DNA from: Tubiluchus corallicola | Lineage: Eukaryota > Animalia > Priapulida | Length of the DNA stretch: 64,000 bases | Direction: 5' to 3' | Assembly: GCA_030141605.1 (NCBI GenBank) | Contig: JAQGDQ010000014.1 | Coordinates: 558,001-622,000 of the forward strand | Part shown: positions 1-12,909 of the stretch, piece after piece | Position numbering within the stretch: position 1 is the first letter of the stretch | Layout: each line of letters begins with the position of its first letter | Position numbers and translations under genes: made by a program | Notes under the pieces: model-generated | What the model saw: only the letters and a program-made list of their open reading frames with translations | What the model was told of the DNA's origin: nothing | Databases searched by the model: none

Positions 1-519
1 CTTTAAACACAAAAACATCATAAAAGAAGTCAAATTCCTTTATGACTTGTTATGACCATGGCAAGTTTCCGAAGCGACTATCTTATTTTCAAGCATGAAG
101 TTATCACAGGATACAAGCATATTGAAAAACACAGAAGCACAAAAATACAAGGAAGGAAACAGAAGAGGAAGTCATTGGCCTTAGTCACAGAACAGAGTGG
201 GATGCAACAGTAATCTACTTCTAAGAGTCTCTGTATGTATCATTGTCTTCGTAGTGTGTCATAACGTCTGAGAGTCTTTCTGAGCAAAAATAGTATCATC
301 ATGTGTGTCAGGTTTATGGCAATGCTCAGATGCCACTTGAAGCTACGTTTCAGAAAATTTGGCTCACTGTCTTCTCCCCCTTGAAAGATGGGCCAGCTCA
401 ACTTGGAAATGCTTGATGATTATTCCAGGAAATTAAAACTACGGATAAGAAACGACTGAATGGTCACAGTGTGCGCTAGGCTATAGGTTGTGTGCGCAGT
501 TTACCAGACGGTGTAGTCT

Positions 520-600
520 GGCCGCTGATCATACCAAAGACTTTTCAAATGGTACCTGCAGTCGCCGTGCCTGGTAATTACGGTAGAAGAGGGGTAATAA
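520..600 (+). mobile_element. SINE central-domain fragment (MetaSINE-like)
   Basis: TCATACCAAAGACTTTTCAAATGGTACC..GCCTGG resembles the conserved SINE core as recalled; not database-checked. Confidence 0.4.
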
Positions 601-1654
601 TAATTTCTGTTATGTAGTTGTAGAATTGTAGAAGTTGTAGAGTTCATACACCTCTTTGAGCTTATATTAGCTGTTTACCCGTTATAATAATAATAATGTT
701 AATAATAATAATAATAATAATAATAATTATTATAATAATCGACGAGGCCATTCTATATCAGCAGTTTTAAACTTTGGTATGCAAAGCTGATGTGCAATGG
801 CTTCGTGATGGATCGAACCATTACAGGATAGGGGTGAAAATAAATAGCGCTTCGCTGTTGTTACATTATTATCATCATTATCGTTATCGTTATTGTTATC
901 GTTATCGTTATCATCATCATCAATAACAACAACATTATTATTCTTATTCATTATTATAAGTTAACCGATGTCCAGCCTGGGTATAAACTGAATGAGTGAG
1001 CGGTGGAAAACTGGTAAACGTACATTTCTGAAAAATAAAGCCATTTCTCGACTACGATGCGAAAAATAACAGGAATTATGCAACTTAGAAATAATTCCTG
1101 GTGTCATTTTTCACCTTTTAGTAAGGCGCTAGATGGTTAAAATTTCGAAGATGCTAAAACCACTGCTTTAATACACAGTCAGTTTACATAACATATTTTT
1201 CACACGAATAGTTTTATCCATTTATGGAATTTCAAACCACTCGGATAGTAAAACTAACGTGCCGTTTGAAACAAATGCGTACAAACATCGTTTAGAGTTT
1301 ATGGTTATAACAAAACACTCTGGCGACTACAAGAGCCGGCGAAATCACCGAATCATGCAAAGACGGCCATTAAAGGTGCAGCGTTTTGTTTTAAATGATC
1401 CAACGCAAATGCTTACCATAAGCTAGCGAGATTAGAAGTACCTTAATTTTTAATGTTCTTTAAAATGCCACGATCTATGCTACTAAATTCTCCGGTTACA
1501 GGCTACGAAATGCCCCAGTGGACGCGGTAAGTGAAAAAATGTAGAAAAGTAAGTGAATAAAAATATACACTCAAGAGAAAAATGTTTAAAAACGGGAAAG
1601 ACGAATCGGTCTAGGTAAAAAAATAATCAAGTTAATGAGAATCACTCAAGGATG

Positions 1655-1880
1655 AGCGATCTAACATTGGAAATGCTGAATTTGTTTGGCCAGCTGTAAG
1701 GGATGAACAGCCAAGGTCACTGGAATACGATCTAGTGACGGGGGAGCGGGTGGCTTAGTAGACTAAGGCGTATGTTTTCTAAACAGAAGGTCCCTAGTTC
1801 AAATTCAGTATGTATTCCAACTTTTTCACATTTCCTGTCCTTCAAGTTTGTTGTCAAAGTTTAATAAATTGTGGTTTGTG
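1655..1880 (+). mobile_element. Dispersed repeat with an internal tRNA-like (A/B box) module
   Basis: GATCTAACATTGGAAATG leader, then TGGCTTAGTAG..AGTTCAAAT..CCA-ACTTTTT; homologous to 22600-23100 and 43075-43270. Confidence 0.7.
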
Positions 1881-2829
1881 CGGTCGGACCTTGTTTGCAT
1901 TTTAAGAATTATGCAAATCTTTATAATTAAAGTACATAAATTCTGCTATATTGCGTGTGTGAGTACGTGCTTATGCGTGCGTGCGTTTGTGTGTGCATGT
2001 ATGTATATGTGTGCGTGCGTGCGTGCATGCACGCGTGAGCGTGCGTGTGTTAATAGAACCTGCCGCTTTTTTAGCACAAGATAAGAGATTGTATTCAGAA
2101 TGACTTTAGAATTTAATAACATTGTGATAAACCGCGAGGCTTAATGTGTTACATCAGTTTTATCTACAGAAGAATCTGATAAATTTAAACCAGCAATTGG
2201 TTCTGATTGTAAAATACAACCTTAGGATTTACCGTGCAGGAACTAACCGAGTCTTGCCGACTATTTGGCGGGAAGAAATGTAACGTGGCGACACCAATCA
2301 TCCAATTAAAGAACAATAGGCCAACTGGCACTGATTGCTGCACTAAACGAAGTATTGCAGTCAGAAAATGACTGGCAAAAATTTTTACGGCATTCCAATA
2401 AAGTCGTGAACAATTTCGTTTCATATGCTCACCGTAATAAAACTGTAAAACGTCTTCAAAGATTAATCTGCTGTTATTTTCGCGCTGCAATCAAAAATGT
2501 TGATAATAAACGCTGCCGCTTTCTAACAAAGTTAGAAAATGATTTGCTCAAGTCTCAGTCATGATTTATAGTTTGTCGAAAGTGTAAATAACGCCGAAGA
2601 TTTATTACTACAAAGAAATGATATTAAGCTTTCAGAAAGCAGTGAACTTAAGACTTGAACTTGTCTCATTAAACAAGAGAGCTGCGCTTAGTTCATTTGA
2701 ATGTTTTGAGTCTCAGCTGTTTCTTGCGGAGAGGGTTGTGAGAAAATTAATAATGGACCAAGCACAATTATAGTGTAGCTCATAAATGTGAGACAAAATA
2801 GCAAACACCACGAAAAATAAATATTGTAG

Positions 2830-3102
2830 GAACTTGAAAATAAGATGATGCTTTTCTAAGACCTCATAATCGTAAAAAAGACAAAGTATCATTATGTATC
2901 AAAAATTTTTATTTTTCACAGGAGTTTTTGTCCTTCACGGACTTCGTCAGCTGAAATCTACTTTTATAGCCTAGATCTTGAAAGACCTAGCCGAAATTTA
3001 CTTGTGTGGCCTTGGACTTTCAAGATTTATGCCCATACAAGTAAATTTCAGCTGACGAAGTCCGTGAAGGACGAAAGATCTTGTGAAAAATAAAAATTTT
3101 TG
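2830..3102. mobile_element. Penelope-like pseudo-LTR remnant in inverted-repeat arrangement
   Basis: 2900-2990 and 3010-3102 are imperfect inverted copies, each with a hammerhead motif; the distal tail also matches 4520-4600 and 50-100. Confidence 0.65.
3046..3088 (+). ncRNA. Minimal type I hammerhead ribozyme motif (Penelope pLTR type)
   Basis: TTTCAG-CTGACGA-A-GTCC(GTGAA)GGAC-GAA-AGATCT-T-GTGAAA: intact core, 4-bp stem II, palindromic stem III, 5-bp stem I with one core-proximal mismatch. Confidence 0.75.
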
Positions 3103-3329
3103 TTGGCGAACTTGTTTAATATTATTTGTGGCTGCTTTGTAACTATAATATGTGTGATGACAGAAATGATATGTCTCAAAAAGAAAATTCTGCATTAGTA
3201 GGCACAAAGAAATGAGACCCCCTGCTCGAATTTGCACAAAGTGTCAGTGGGAGTTAATGTCATTTTGATACCTCTATAGTATGTGACACTGAAGTAAGAC
3301 AAGGCAGCTAAAACTTCAAATTGAAGGAC

Positions 3330-4110
3330 CAATTTTACAAAAGTTTGTGACAACTAAGATGCGATTACGTAACAGGAGTGTGGAACGTATATTTCATATT
3401 GGAAAAAAGAACAGTTTGATGACACAAGTAGAGGAGAAACTCAAAACAAGCTGAAGACTTAGCTCACCTTCAAAAAAGAACACCGACTTGAAAACTATTT
3501 ATCACTTAACGCCACAAGACAGGCTATACTATACTACACTAAATTTAGGATAAGCGCCCATAAATTGGCCATTGACCATCGTGAATCTGACCTGTGCCAT
3601 AAACCTTATGAAATAACTGTGGGTGAGTGAATATGTAATTATTGTGATCTTAACCAAGCCGAAGATGAAATGCACTTACTTATGAAATGTCCCACGTTAT
3701 CGGGATGATAGATTGACCCTTTCTAATATTATTGAAACTTTGTTCCCTGAGCTTTAAGCCATATCAAACGACAATGATTAATTTGTCTTGATAATGAGTA
3801 GTCAACATATCGAATTATGCAAGCTTATTGTAGCTCTTTTGGAATCAGCCTTTCAAATTAGGAATCATTTATTTGCCTTCATAACATCTAAATACAATTG
3901 CGTAAAGAATTATTAATGCTACCTTATGCAACATTGTTGTGATAATTATTATTTTTAATACTTGTGGAATTAATTGTTATTTGTTTTATGTAGTCCAGCC
4001 ACAATATTCCTTTGTATGGGGATTTTGTCTGTAGTTTTTTTCACTGTTGAGTAAATGTCTTGTTTTTTGTTTGTGATACAATGTATGCATTGGTGTTTAA
4101 TAAACAAACA
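3330..4110 (+). mobile_element. Decayed LINE 3' end (CR1/L2-group ORF2 C-terminus and 3' UTR)
   Basis: Reads NKLKT*LTFKKEHRLENYL..TKFRISAHKLAI..ICNYCDLNQAEDEMHLLMKCP (C-terminal zinc-binding motif) with stops; ends AATAAACAAACA. Confidence 0.8.
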
Positions 4111-4275
4111 TATACGTAACGTTTTCTAGCCGTTCATTACCTCGAATCTGGGAATCAGTTGGTGAAACTCTAGGATGCCTTTTACATCCTGAAACACAGC
4201 ACTTAGCTCATTATCTAATTACAGTACTTAAAACTTGGACTAATTAAGACTGTGACTTCAGATAATTAAGAGTGT

Positions 4276-4600
4276 AATCACGACAAAAGAAGTCAAAGCT
4301 CCCAACAAGTCTCAAAAAATTCTTTATTTTTCTCAGAAGCTTTCGTCCCTCAGTCGATTTCATCGCTGAAATCAACTTGATATTGCTAAGATCTTGAATA
4401 ATTTAGGCTATATAATTTGCTTTGCGTAGATGTTCAAGGGTCTAGGTTACACCAAGTTGATTTCAGCCGATGAGTTCGTGAGGGACGAAAGCTTCTGAGA
4501 AACATAAAGAATTTTTTGAGACTTAATGATCATTTTAACTTCTTTTAAGATTATGACCATGGCATCTCTCAGAAGAGCACTCTGATTTTCAAAAATGTAA
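4276..4600. mobile_element. Penelope-like pseudo-LTR remnant, inverted pair (same family as 2830-3102)
   Basis: 4276-4405 is the inverse of about 4425-4552; shared AAGTTGATTTCAG..GGACGAAAGCTTCTGAGAAA..TAAAGAATTTTTTGAGAC. Confidence 0.65.
4461..4502 (+). ncRNA. Minimal type I hammerhead motif, U4C variant
   Basis: TTTCAG-CCGATGA-GTTC(GTGAG)GGAC-GAA-AGCT-T-CTGA; same repeat family as 3046-3088. Confidence 0.65.
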
Positions 4601-5966
4601 TTAATTAAAACTTACATACAGAAAAAATAAAGGAAACTATTGAACACGTTATATGTTTACCAACAAACTGTTGTAAGCGCAGTAAGTTTTATTGGTGTTC
4701 AAGCTCAACATGATGCCTTCGTTTACAAATCTTAAATACCTATATAGTCAACGTTTATAGTTTACAGTTGTAAAGTCAAGATTCGAATGAAAAGGTGTTT
4801 GTATATCACAGTCACTTTGAACTCGTGATTTTTGTTTCATTGATCCATTGCACTAAGTATACTCGCTTCATTAGACTTTCTACTTAGGTTAATTAGAACA
4901 ATAAAACTTGTTATTGCCTCGCTGCCATTTTGCTGACGTCATGGCAGCTAGCTTATCATTATATAAAAGGGTTACGGGCGTAGGTGTTCCTAATTTGATT
5001 AGCAGGCTCGATCGTTAATCAATATTGCCCCAAAATTGACAATGATGATGGCGGTGGTAGTGGTAATGGTCATGGTTGTAAACAATTCTACTCGTTCCGG
5101 ATGAGGGCCTGTAAGCTCTGCATAAAGATTAATGTACATCTAATTTGACGCTAGTTATAACGTATGATTGCAGCATTAGATCTCGCTGACTATTTTTCAT
5201 CGTGGACTTTCTCTACAACCATATTAAGTTTACAGGCTCGCAGGGATGTGAACCTGGTAAACTTGTAGTAATAGCCATGAAACCATGAAGCAACTTTCAT
5301 TAATTAGTTTTCTTAGTCCAGCATGAAGGTAATTGAATAAACGTCAGTCAATAACTTCGTTCATGTCCCGTATGAAAGCAAATTAATAGTACGTATATAT
5401 CATTCATAACTGAGGGAGCCCCGCAGATTTCTAAGCCTGATTGATCCAGTGGTTGAAACAACTATTTCTTTGATTTCGGTACAAACTTGTGTTCAGTTTT
5501 ATAAGCTTTGTCTTCATTAAGAAAAACTGTAGCCACTTCGTAGTCGTTGAAATTAACTTCTCATTTGGGATGTTTGAGAATTGGGAAAAGGAGTAATTCC
5601 TGGTAAGGCAGCAAAACGGGTTTCATTTTCTACCGCAAAGTTTCTGTTCGGTTTCTCCTGCATTTCCTCCTTCCCTCTTTGTAACCGAAGACAAAAAGCA
5701 TCTGTGTTTTGCTTGCAGTAGGGGGTTAATGAGCTTTCCTTCTAGGGCATTGCATCTCTATATGAAAGAGCCATTTATAGGCCTACTATGTGTTCTCGTG
5801 ATACCGTATATTAAAGGGGAAGAAAAGGGAATTTCGAAGCATATCCCGGAGAACTATCCACACAAAGTCATAATAGTAAGCATTACTCTTACATGTTTGA
5901 AATGTTTGTGCAACTGGAAAACAAATTTCATAATAATTTAAAATACTCACGCAACTAGTAAAATGA

Positions 5967-6320
5967 CACTGCGTCGCCATCCCAGTGTGCACCGCTGATT
6001 TACCAAAACACATTATTGATCTTATTGACAATATAAAGTAATTTAAGCTTTGCTTAGTTAGTGAAGAGTGTGCTACGAATGCTCTGTTTATCGCATTGTC
6101 ATCGCAAACTTTACGGAATGTTATCTAAACTTATTTCAACGATTTACTGTTAAAATGGCGGCGCCTAACGGTCATGGCAAGAGTTTAAATTTATAAGTTT
6201 TATGGAGCGTTACTGCTAACGCTAGCCCTGTGTGCAATAAGACAGCATATGAGTGGCGAATTTCAAGACGATTTTTTTCAACTTTATTGTGGAGAGTGTT
6301 TTCTTGTGCTTTAAACACGC
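5967..6320 (+). repeat. Dispersed repeat, copy 1 (unclassified)
   Basis: Colinear with 16487-16830 (CCAAAACACATTATTGATCTTATT, GTGCTACGAATGCTCTG, CCTA.CGGTCATGG, GCCCTGTG.GCAATAAG). Confidence 0.75.
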
Positions 6321-7061
6321 ACGTACAAAGATAGGCATATTATGTGTGATTGTTTTATCTGTTCCTTTAACGCTAGCAGAAAAAATAAGTGCATGTATCA
6401 TCAAGTGCATGATGATACAAATAAGGTGTATCATCAAGTGCATGATGATACAAATAAGGTGTATCATCTCAGTTTCTCATACTGCATGTCTGAGTCAATA
6501 TTCAGTCAGTTCTGACATAGCTTTCCGTTAATGCATTATCAAGCATTTCAGACCAAAAACGGTTTAAACTATAATTTTTCAAGAAATTAGGCCAGTTTGA
6601 CAAAGCTATGTAGCTAGCATGACCTTCGCAGAGAGCAATGCTTAGAAAGGCGTCACTCATCGTTGCATACTTTTCAGAACGGCAGCTGCATCATGAGGAA
6701 TAACAGTTTATTGTACGAAGAGATTGGATTGCTAACACTGAAGCATTCTGGCTCTGTGACGCAGGCAATTTATAGATGCTGTTGAAGCCAATACAACTGT
6801 GTAAAATAGCCATTATATGCGCAAGGCACGCTTTTCTCCGCCATTAATCTTAATAAATATTACGCCTTACGTCTCCTATTTTGCCTTATCGTGTATGGGA
6901 GGAAGGCCGATTACACGAAGTCATAAAGCTAAAGCAATTGGGACTGACTCGTTTTGATTTGATTACATCACAGATATACTGCAATAGTATTTTACGATAC
7001 TTTAGTACAACTTTAAATTGTTGTATATTAGCCGCTACAATTTTTAAAATCAACCAATTGC

Positions 7062-7230
7062 TGATTCGAGAAAAAGTCACAGGAAAAAAGCAATAACCCT
7101 AACCGTAAACCGTAGTCTAGCCATTACCGTAACCCCTAGCCTTAACCCTAACCCTAGCAAAACTAATTGTGACTTTTTTCCTAGTCAAAATTCCGTTTTT
7201 TTCCGTGACTTTTTCTTATGACTTTATTAG
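7062..7230. mobile_element. Foldback-type element with internal (TAACCC)-like repeats
   Basis: AAAAAGTCAC arrays inverted to GTGACTTTTT around degenerate CCCTAA units; related to 9580-9732 and 12910-13098. Confidence 0.65.
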
Positions 7231-7372
7231 CGCTTATCGAGCTCAGCACTCGTAGAGGTGGGTGGTTTTTGTGAATTAATTGTTAATGTCATTAATCCCT
7301 TCGCGTGTTTTAAATATGTTCCACATTATTCCTGATTTCTCTTTTGTATCAAGTAAAGCTTAGAACATGAAC

Positions 7373-7761
7373 AATAAGCCTTTTCACAGTTCCAGCGATT
7401 GATGATGATCATGCAAAGGACAAAGGTTATGTGAACCAGGCAACGGATTTGTGTACACTGGAAAACGTCTCGCAGTCCATGTTGCTGTAATAGTCACAGC
7501 TTTAACAGCTAGCTAGAATCTTACCTAGTTCATTTTTTTGTTCCCAAGCAAAATCCTGCTAGCAAAACACTCTGTGCACAGACTGAAGCACAATGAAGTC
7601 AAGTCCAGGTAAAGCGATTAAAGTTACTGAACTAACGCCGCAGACAGCTTTACTTTACACACGTTGTGGTGGCTGTAGTTAAAACGGGTTTCTGTGTTAC
7701 ACCTAACCTTTGACATGCAGCAACTGCGCGTGAGCACAACGAAACTGTGAAAAGGCTTATT
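7373..7761. mobile_element. TIR-bounded MITE, copy 1
   Basis: Termini AATAAGCCTTTTCACAGTT / AACTGTGAAAAGGCTTATT; colinear with 42705-43053. Confidence 0.85.
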
Positions 7762-10700
7762 CTCGGGTGAATGAACTTAGATTAGTAATCGTGTATGCTT
7801 ATTAACTAACTTCATATTAAGTGTTGAGACGCTGGCGTTCTGCAGCTGAAATGCATGTAATAAACAGAATTTTCATGCCTATTAATGCAATTACTTAAAT
7901 ACCAAGGCCTGTCTAGCTGTCACGTAATTAACCGGGATTTGACCGCAGTGTCAGTGGAGATCCTTCTCTGTCACCACCAACGTGGTTTAATCATTATGTT
8001 TCCATCACGAGCTCAATGTGTGCAGCAAAAGCATCAGTAGAAAAATGAGAAAGAAAAAGAAGAAAGAGCAACGTTGTGATTTTAGAACTATACAGATCTT
8101 ACCCCCACCTACTTAAACACATTCACATTTGTAGATTTGTGACTGGGAAACGAATCAACCAAAAAAACTCACACATAGAGAGACAACATCTTCAGTTGTC
8201 TTACTTCGACATTTACGCTATGCCATATTCATAGCATGCTTTGAAGCCTTACAGTATAATTACAAAATTATAGTAACTTGAGCCACAAAATATTATTAAA
8301 TCTTATATGGCATTTGATTTATCAAATAAATAAATATATAGTATAAATTAATAGTGACCAACAGTCATATTTTAGCAAACCACTGCTGTTATAACAAAGC
8401 AAAATGAGATACCCACCTGCGTAGACTATGTGCATAGGATAATTATGATATATATATAGGATATATATGGTCAGACCAATAAGTCGAAAGAGTTTTTTTT
8501 GAGGTAACATATACGTTTTGGTCTTTTTTGTAATACATCCTTTGGCTATAGTAATGTTATAGCTGTTAAAAAGATGTCATAAACATTTGTTTTTTTCTTC
8601 ATTTAATACCGCAGTGTAGCTTTTTAATGTGTTGAGATTTCAATATGGATGTTTGATATTAATTATGACTGTTAGTGACGTAAACTAAAATATACTTGAC
8701 TTAAATTATCTTAGTGCCCACACTAATGCTATTTGCACCAAAACTCCAAGTTTGGCATGTAATATATCAGTGCTTAAAACTTTTTGAATTTTCCCAGTTT
8801 CATCGTGATTATCCTGAATTTTCCTTTCTTGGTTGTGACTATACAGTCTAGCAATTGAAGCTAAAGTGATTTCTCAACAGTAAACCTTTAGTCCACTATT
8901 TTTGCCGTTTTAATCAGGCAATTGACTTATGACCTGTTAATATTATTATGTAACTTTAGAGAACCTCAGTAACAAAGGCTTGTGACTATGCTATTTCTGT
9001 GTGAAGCAAAATTAAAAAATATGAACACCAACGATGTAAAAAACGTGATGCAGAGTTCTGTTTGCTATGTTTCGGCTGTTATCAGTCGACTAAAACAGAA
9101 CGGATCTGTTTAGGTTTAGCTGACTGACGATGGCTGACGATAACAGCGGAATTATATGTAAAAGGGGATTCCACGATGCAACTCTTAATTTGCTGTTCGC
9201 ATGGTTCTGGGCTGGCGTGTTTGCCAACTGTCAAGAAATGTTATTATGACGATAATGGATTTCTTTTCATCGAAAGCGCAATCTAAAAACCGAAACTAAT
9301 CGCATTATAGCTTCATGTCTTGTGCAATGACATGCATACGTGCGTATTTGTTTGTTAGTTGTTTTTCAGTGGTTTTCAATGTCGACTTTCCCATCTGCAG
9401 CGGGTCAAGTTCATTTATGCTAATTCACAATAAAAACAGTAACATTTGCAAAGAAGTGATGGCGACTGTAACAGCTGCAAAACTTACATTTCAATTAAAT
9501 AACATGATTCAAAATGGTTTGAGACATAGCAGTTGTAAAAGGAAATTATATTAATAAGAAGGAACAAAAACACGGTGACCGGTAATAAAGACACAAGAAA
9601 AAACTCACGAAAAAAAAGCCACAACTTCGGCTGAGAAAAAGTCACAGGAAAAAGGTCACGATTAATTCTGGCTAGAGTTACTGTTATTTCTTGTTTTCAT
9701 GTGGATTTTTCTGTGGCTTTTTATCTGGATTCAAAAAGACAACTGTAGCCACTAACAATATGCTAACTAGATTCACATGCCACAGCCCCGCGAAGGCCTA
9801 AACAATCAATGTGAATTTAACTGTCACTCAAATTTTGACGATAAAAAGACGAAAGGACGGAACAACAAACAACATGAACTGTTTGCGCCAATACAGGTGG
9901 TCGTGAGACTCGAACTTGGGTTGTATGCATAGTACAACTTACAGTACCCGTCCACCAGGAGAGACTAAGTAGAGACGATATCTAGCTGGTCTAGATTTTC
10001 GTCAGTACCGGAATGAACAGGCCTTCAACAGGGATTTAGCAAATCTCCGCAGGTGAGTGATGACTCAACTAGAAGAGTTCAGACAACGCACTGTCACTAA
10101 AAAACAACAAATCAAGTTCTAGTTTCATTTCTATACTGAAGTTTTTTTTCGTTGATTTCGTCTCATTTTCATACAGGCCATTTTAGGGCTGTTTCATAAA
10201 TGAGGGGTGTTCACATGAAATCGTCTTGTATATTTAATTACTGTCCTGTTCGCATGGGTACATGCATGTGACTCATACGTCCTTCATCTGAATGCCCTAC
10301 GCTTAGTTTGTTCGTTGGTAATGTCCTCCAAAATGCGCCGATTTCAGATTAGTCAAATAAAAATCAAAGAAACGGTTAAAAATCATCTTGTTTTGCGTGA
10401 TGTATAGAAAACTATATAGCGTTAAATGCATTCATTCAACAAGGTATCTGCAACAAGCTAGCTTCAAATGACATTAAAGCAAAATAATAAACTGAACCTC
10501 TAGCGGATTTCGTTAGCATGCTTGGATAACATGTCTAATAACACACTAATCAACTTGATTCAACATTCACGTGACGAATTGTCACGCACATAGACAAATG
10601 TTTTGTTTTTGTTCAGTATATATTAAAAAAATATTTGTTTGTTCAGACAGCAGTCTCAGCATCATGTCATTCAAGTTATTATGGTACTGCGCTTCGAGTA

Positions 10701-12909
10701 TTAATGATACCATTTGTTGGATAGCAACGAGCATCAAACTGGTGATTTTTGAATGTTTGCGGTTTGAAATATTGGACATATTTCAAAATAAATTTGCATG
10801 ATAAGCAAACATAACTGAAGTCGAGCACAGAGAAGTAAAGCTTTTCAGCAAAATGAATAACATTTGTCATTTTTTTTTCGCAAGATGTTTAATCTAGCTG
10901 GTTATAAACAGCGTGTCCAATTTCTGAATGAACCCAATACTCGAATTACAGTCAGCAGACTTGAGAATTTTATTAGGAGAAATGACAATGACTAAACAGT
11001 TTAACAGTATTCCAAAACAGAGTCTACTATTGCCTCATACATAAATGATTTCAAACAAAACATGTACAAACAAAAATATTTTCACTAGAGGTATTTGTTC
11101 TTTAGTTGATAATTATAATGGACTATATGGTGAATATACAGTATATCTATATAATACTTATAAACACTCGTAAGAAAAAATTTGTGAGAAATTTGGTGTT
11201 CACTTCAGGAGGTAAATATTTCAGGAGTTTATTTTTTATGCATTTAACTAGAATAAAAATAAAGCAAACGTGACGTTTGTTTGGCAGAAAATCGCCAGGC
11301 TGGCAATTTGCCAGGCTAGTAAAATCATGTCAAACGCAGCCAAGTGGCAAAGTAAACGTCTGCAGAATTATTATATTAGCGGAACTCTCGTGAAGCCATT
11401 TAGTAACAGAGAAGGTCTGCGCAATAATTCGTTTGTTTTCCCTTCGATGTGAATTGATATTTTACGTGTAATTATTGCAAGGAATCGTTTGTACTTCTTA
11501 GCAGGTACATTTGCCACGCAGCACCAAACAACATAAATATTTGTTGCAGACGTAATGGCATCACAGTTTCAAGCTTTATCAGCAAAAATACGCTGGATAA
11601 TTCAGATATCTTGCACTTTTTGGTTTACAATATTAATTCTAAGTATATTGTATAATTATTTATACAAATAATAGGAACAAATATTTAATTTTGTTATAAC
11701 GTTATAGTAATAACGTTAATGTTATTACCTGTAAAGGTTACATCCTAGCGATATTGTGTTTGGAATGAAGGGATTTTAAAACGAAATTATCCATTTAAAC
11801 TACATAATGGTTTTTACAATAGCATAAAATTTTAAATTAATGAGTTAGCTGAAAGCTACTTAACAGAGGACGAAACAAAATCAATTTCACAGAGTTTTTT
11901 AATTATACCTATTGTTTGCACGTAAAAGAGCAGTAGAGAATGTTGGTTATCATCAGAACAAATAAAATTCTGTATGTCTATCTTCTAGCACGCGCCTATC
12001 TGTCTTCTGCCTGCCTACTTGCTGCCTGCGTCTCTGTCTGTCTGTCTGTCTGCCTGCCTGTCTGCCTGTCACTCGAGAGCAGTTTTTTATTGCTTATAAA
12101 AATATTGACACAAAGTATGACCAATGAACTGCTTTATGTTTCAACACTGAAATAAAATTTCTACAACCTAGAAGACAGAAGCGTATTTTCAGTGTACGTC
12201 AAAACCTGATGGTGACACGGCTAACCATTATTGCTTTTTCTTCATCTTGCACAATCAATGCCCAGGTTTAATTTAGAAGCTGTATGCTCCTATTACGAGT
12301 ATAACGCATTATTCGCTAATCTCAAGAGACTATAGGCAGCAGCGTCATTCTTACTCACTAAATATTATTCTTTAGGCAGCACTACAGGACTATTTTCAAA
12401 CTGCTTCATTTGCTTGTGTTTTTGGATAGAAGACAAAAAAATTATGTTTAATGCCTAAAAGACAAAGAAATTCCGAAAAGAACCATATAATCCATATTGA
12501 CAATGAAGGCAGCAAAACGATGGTTTTTGCACGTATGCTAGTTTGATAAACGATTCCCTTTCAGTTTTAAAGCTGCTAAATTACCTTTCGAATTTAAAGA
12601 TTGGAATTTCACCCCCATGTGTCGTGCAATAATTATTTCAAGCAATTCTTCTCCGTTTCCCATCACTTCATTGTAGCTACAAGTTTCAACTTTGTGTTAA
12701 ATGCTTCTGCAATACCTCGAATAGTTATTATTAATTGCCCACTTCTGAGGCTTTCTGGCAATAGTTTTGATTAATTTACGACGTGCACAAATAGAGGCCT
12801 ACACCATAACAAGGTTATTATTGTAGTAGATACAAGTAGCTTAGTGATATTGTATTGTTGCATTATAAATTGTTCGCTGTATTTGTAACTTGTGTGGTTC
12901 GGTTCATGA

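Noticed and set aside
6394-6468. CRISPR-like palindromic direct repeat
   Set aside because: The repeats are adjacent with no spacers, the context is eukaryotic and there are no cas genes.
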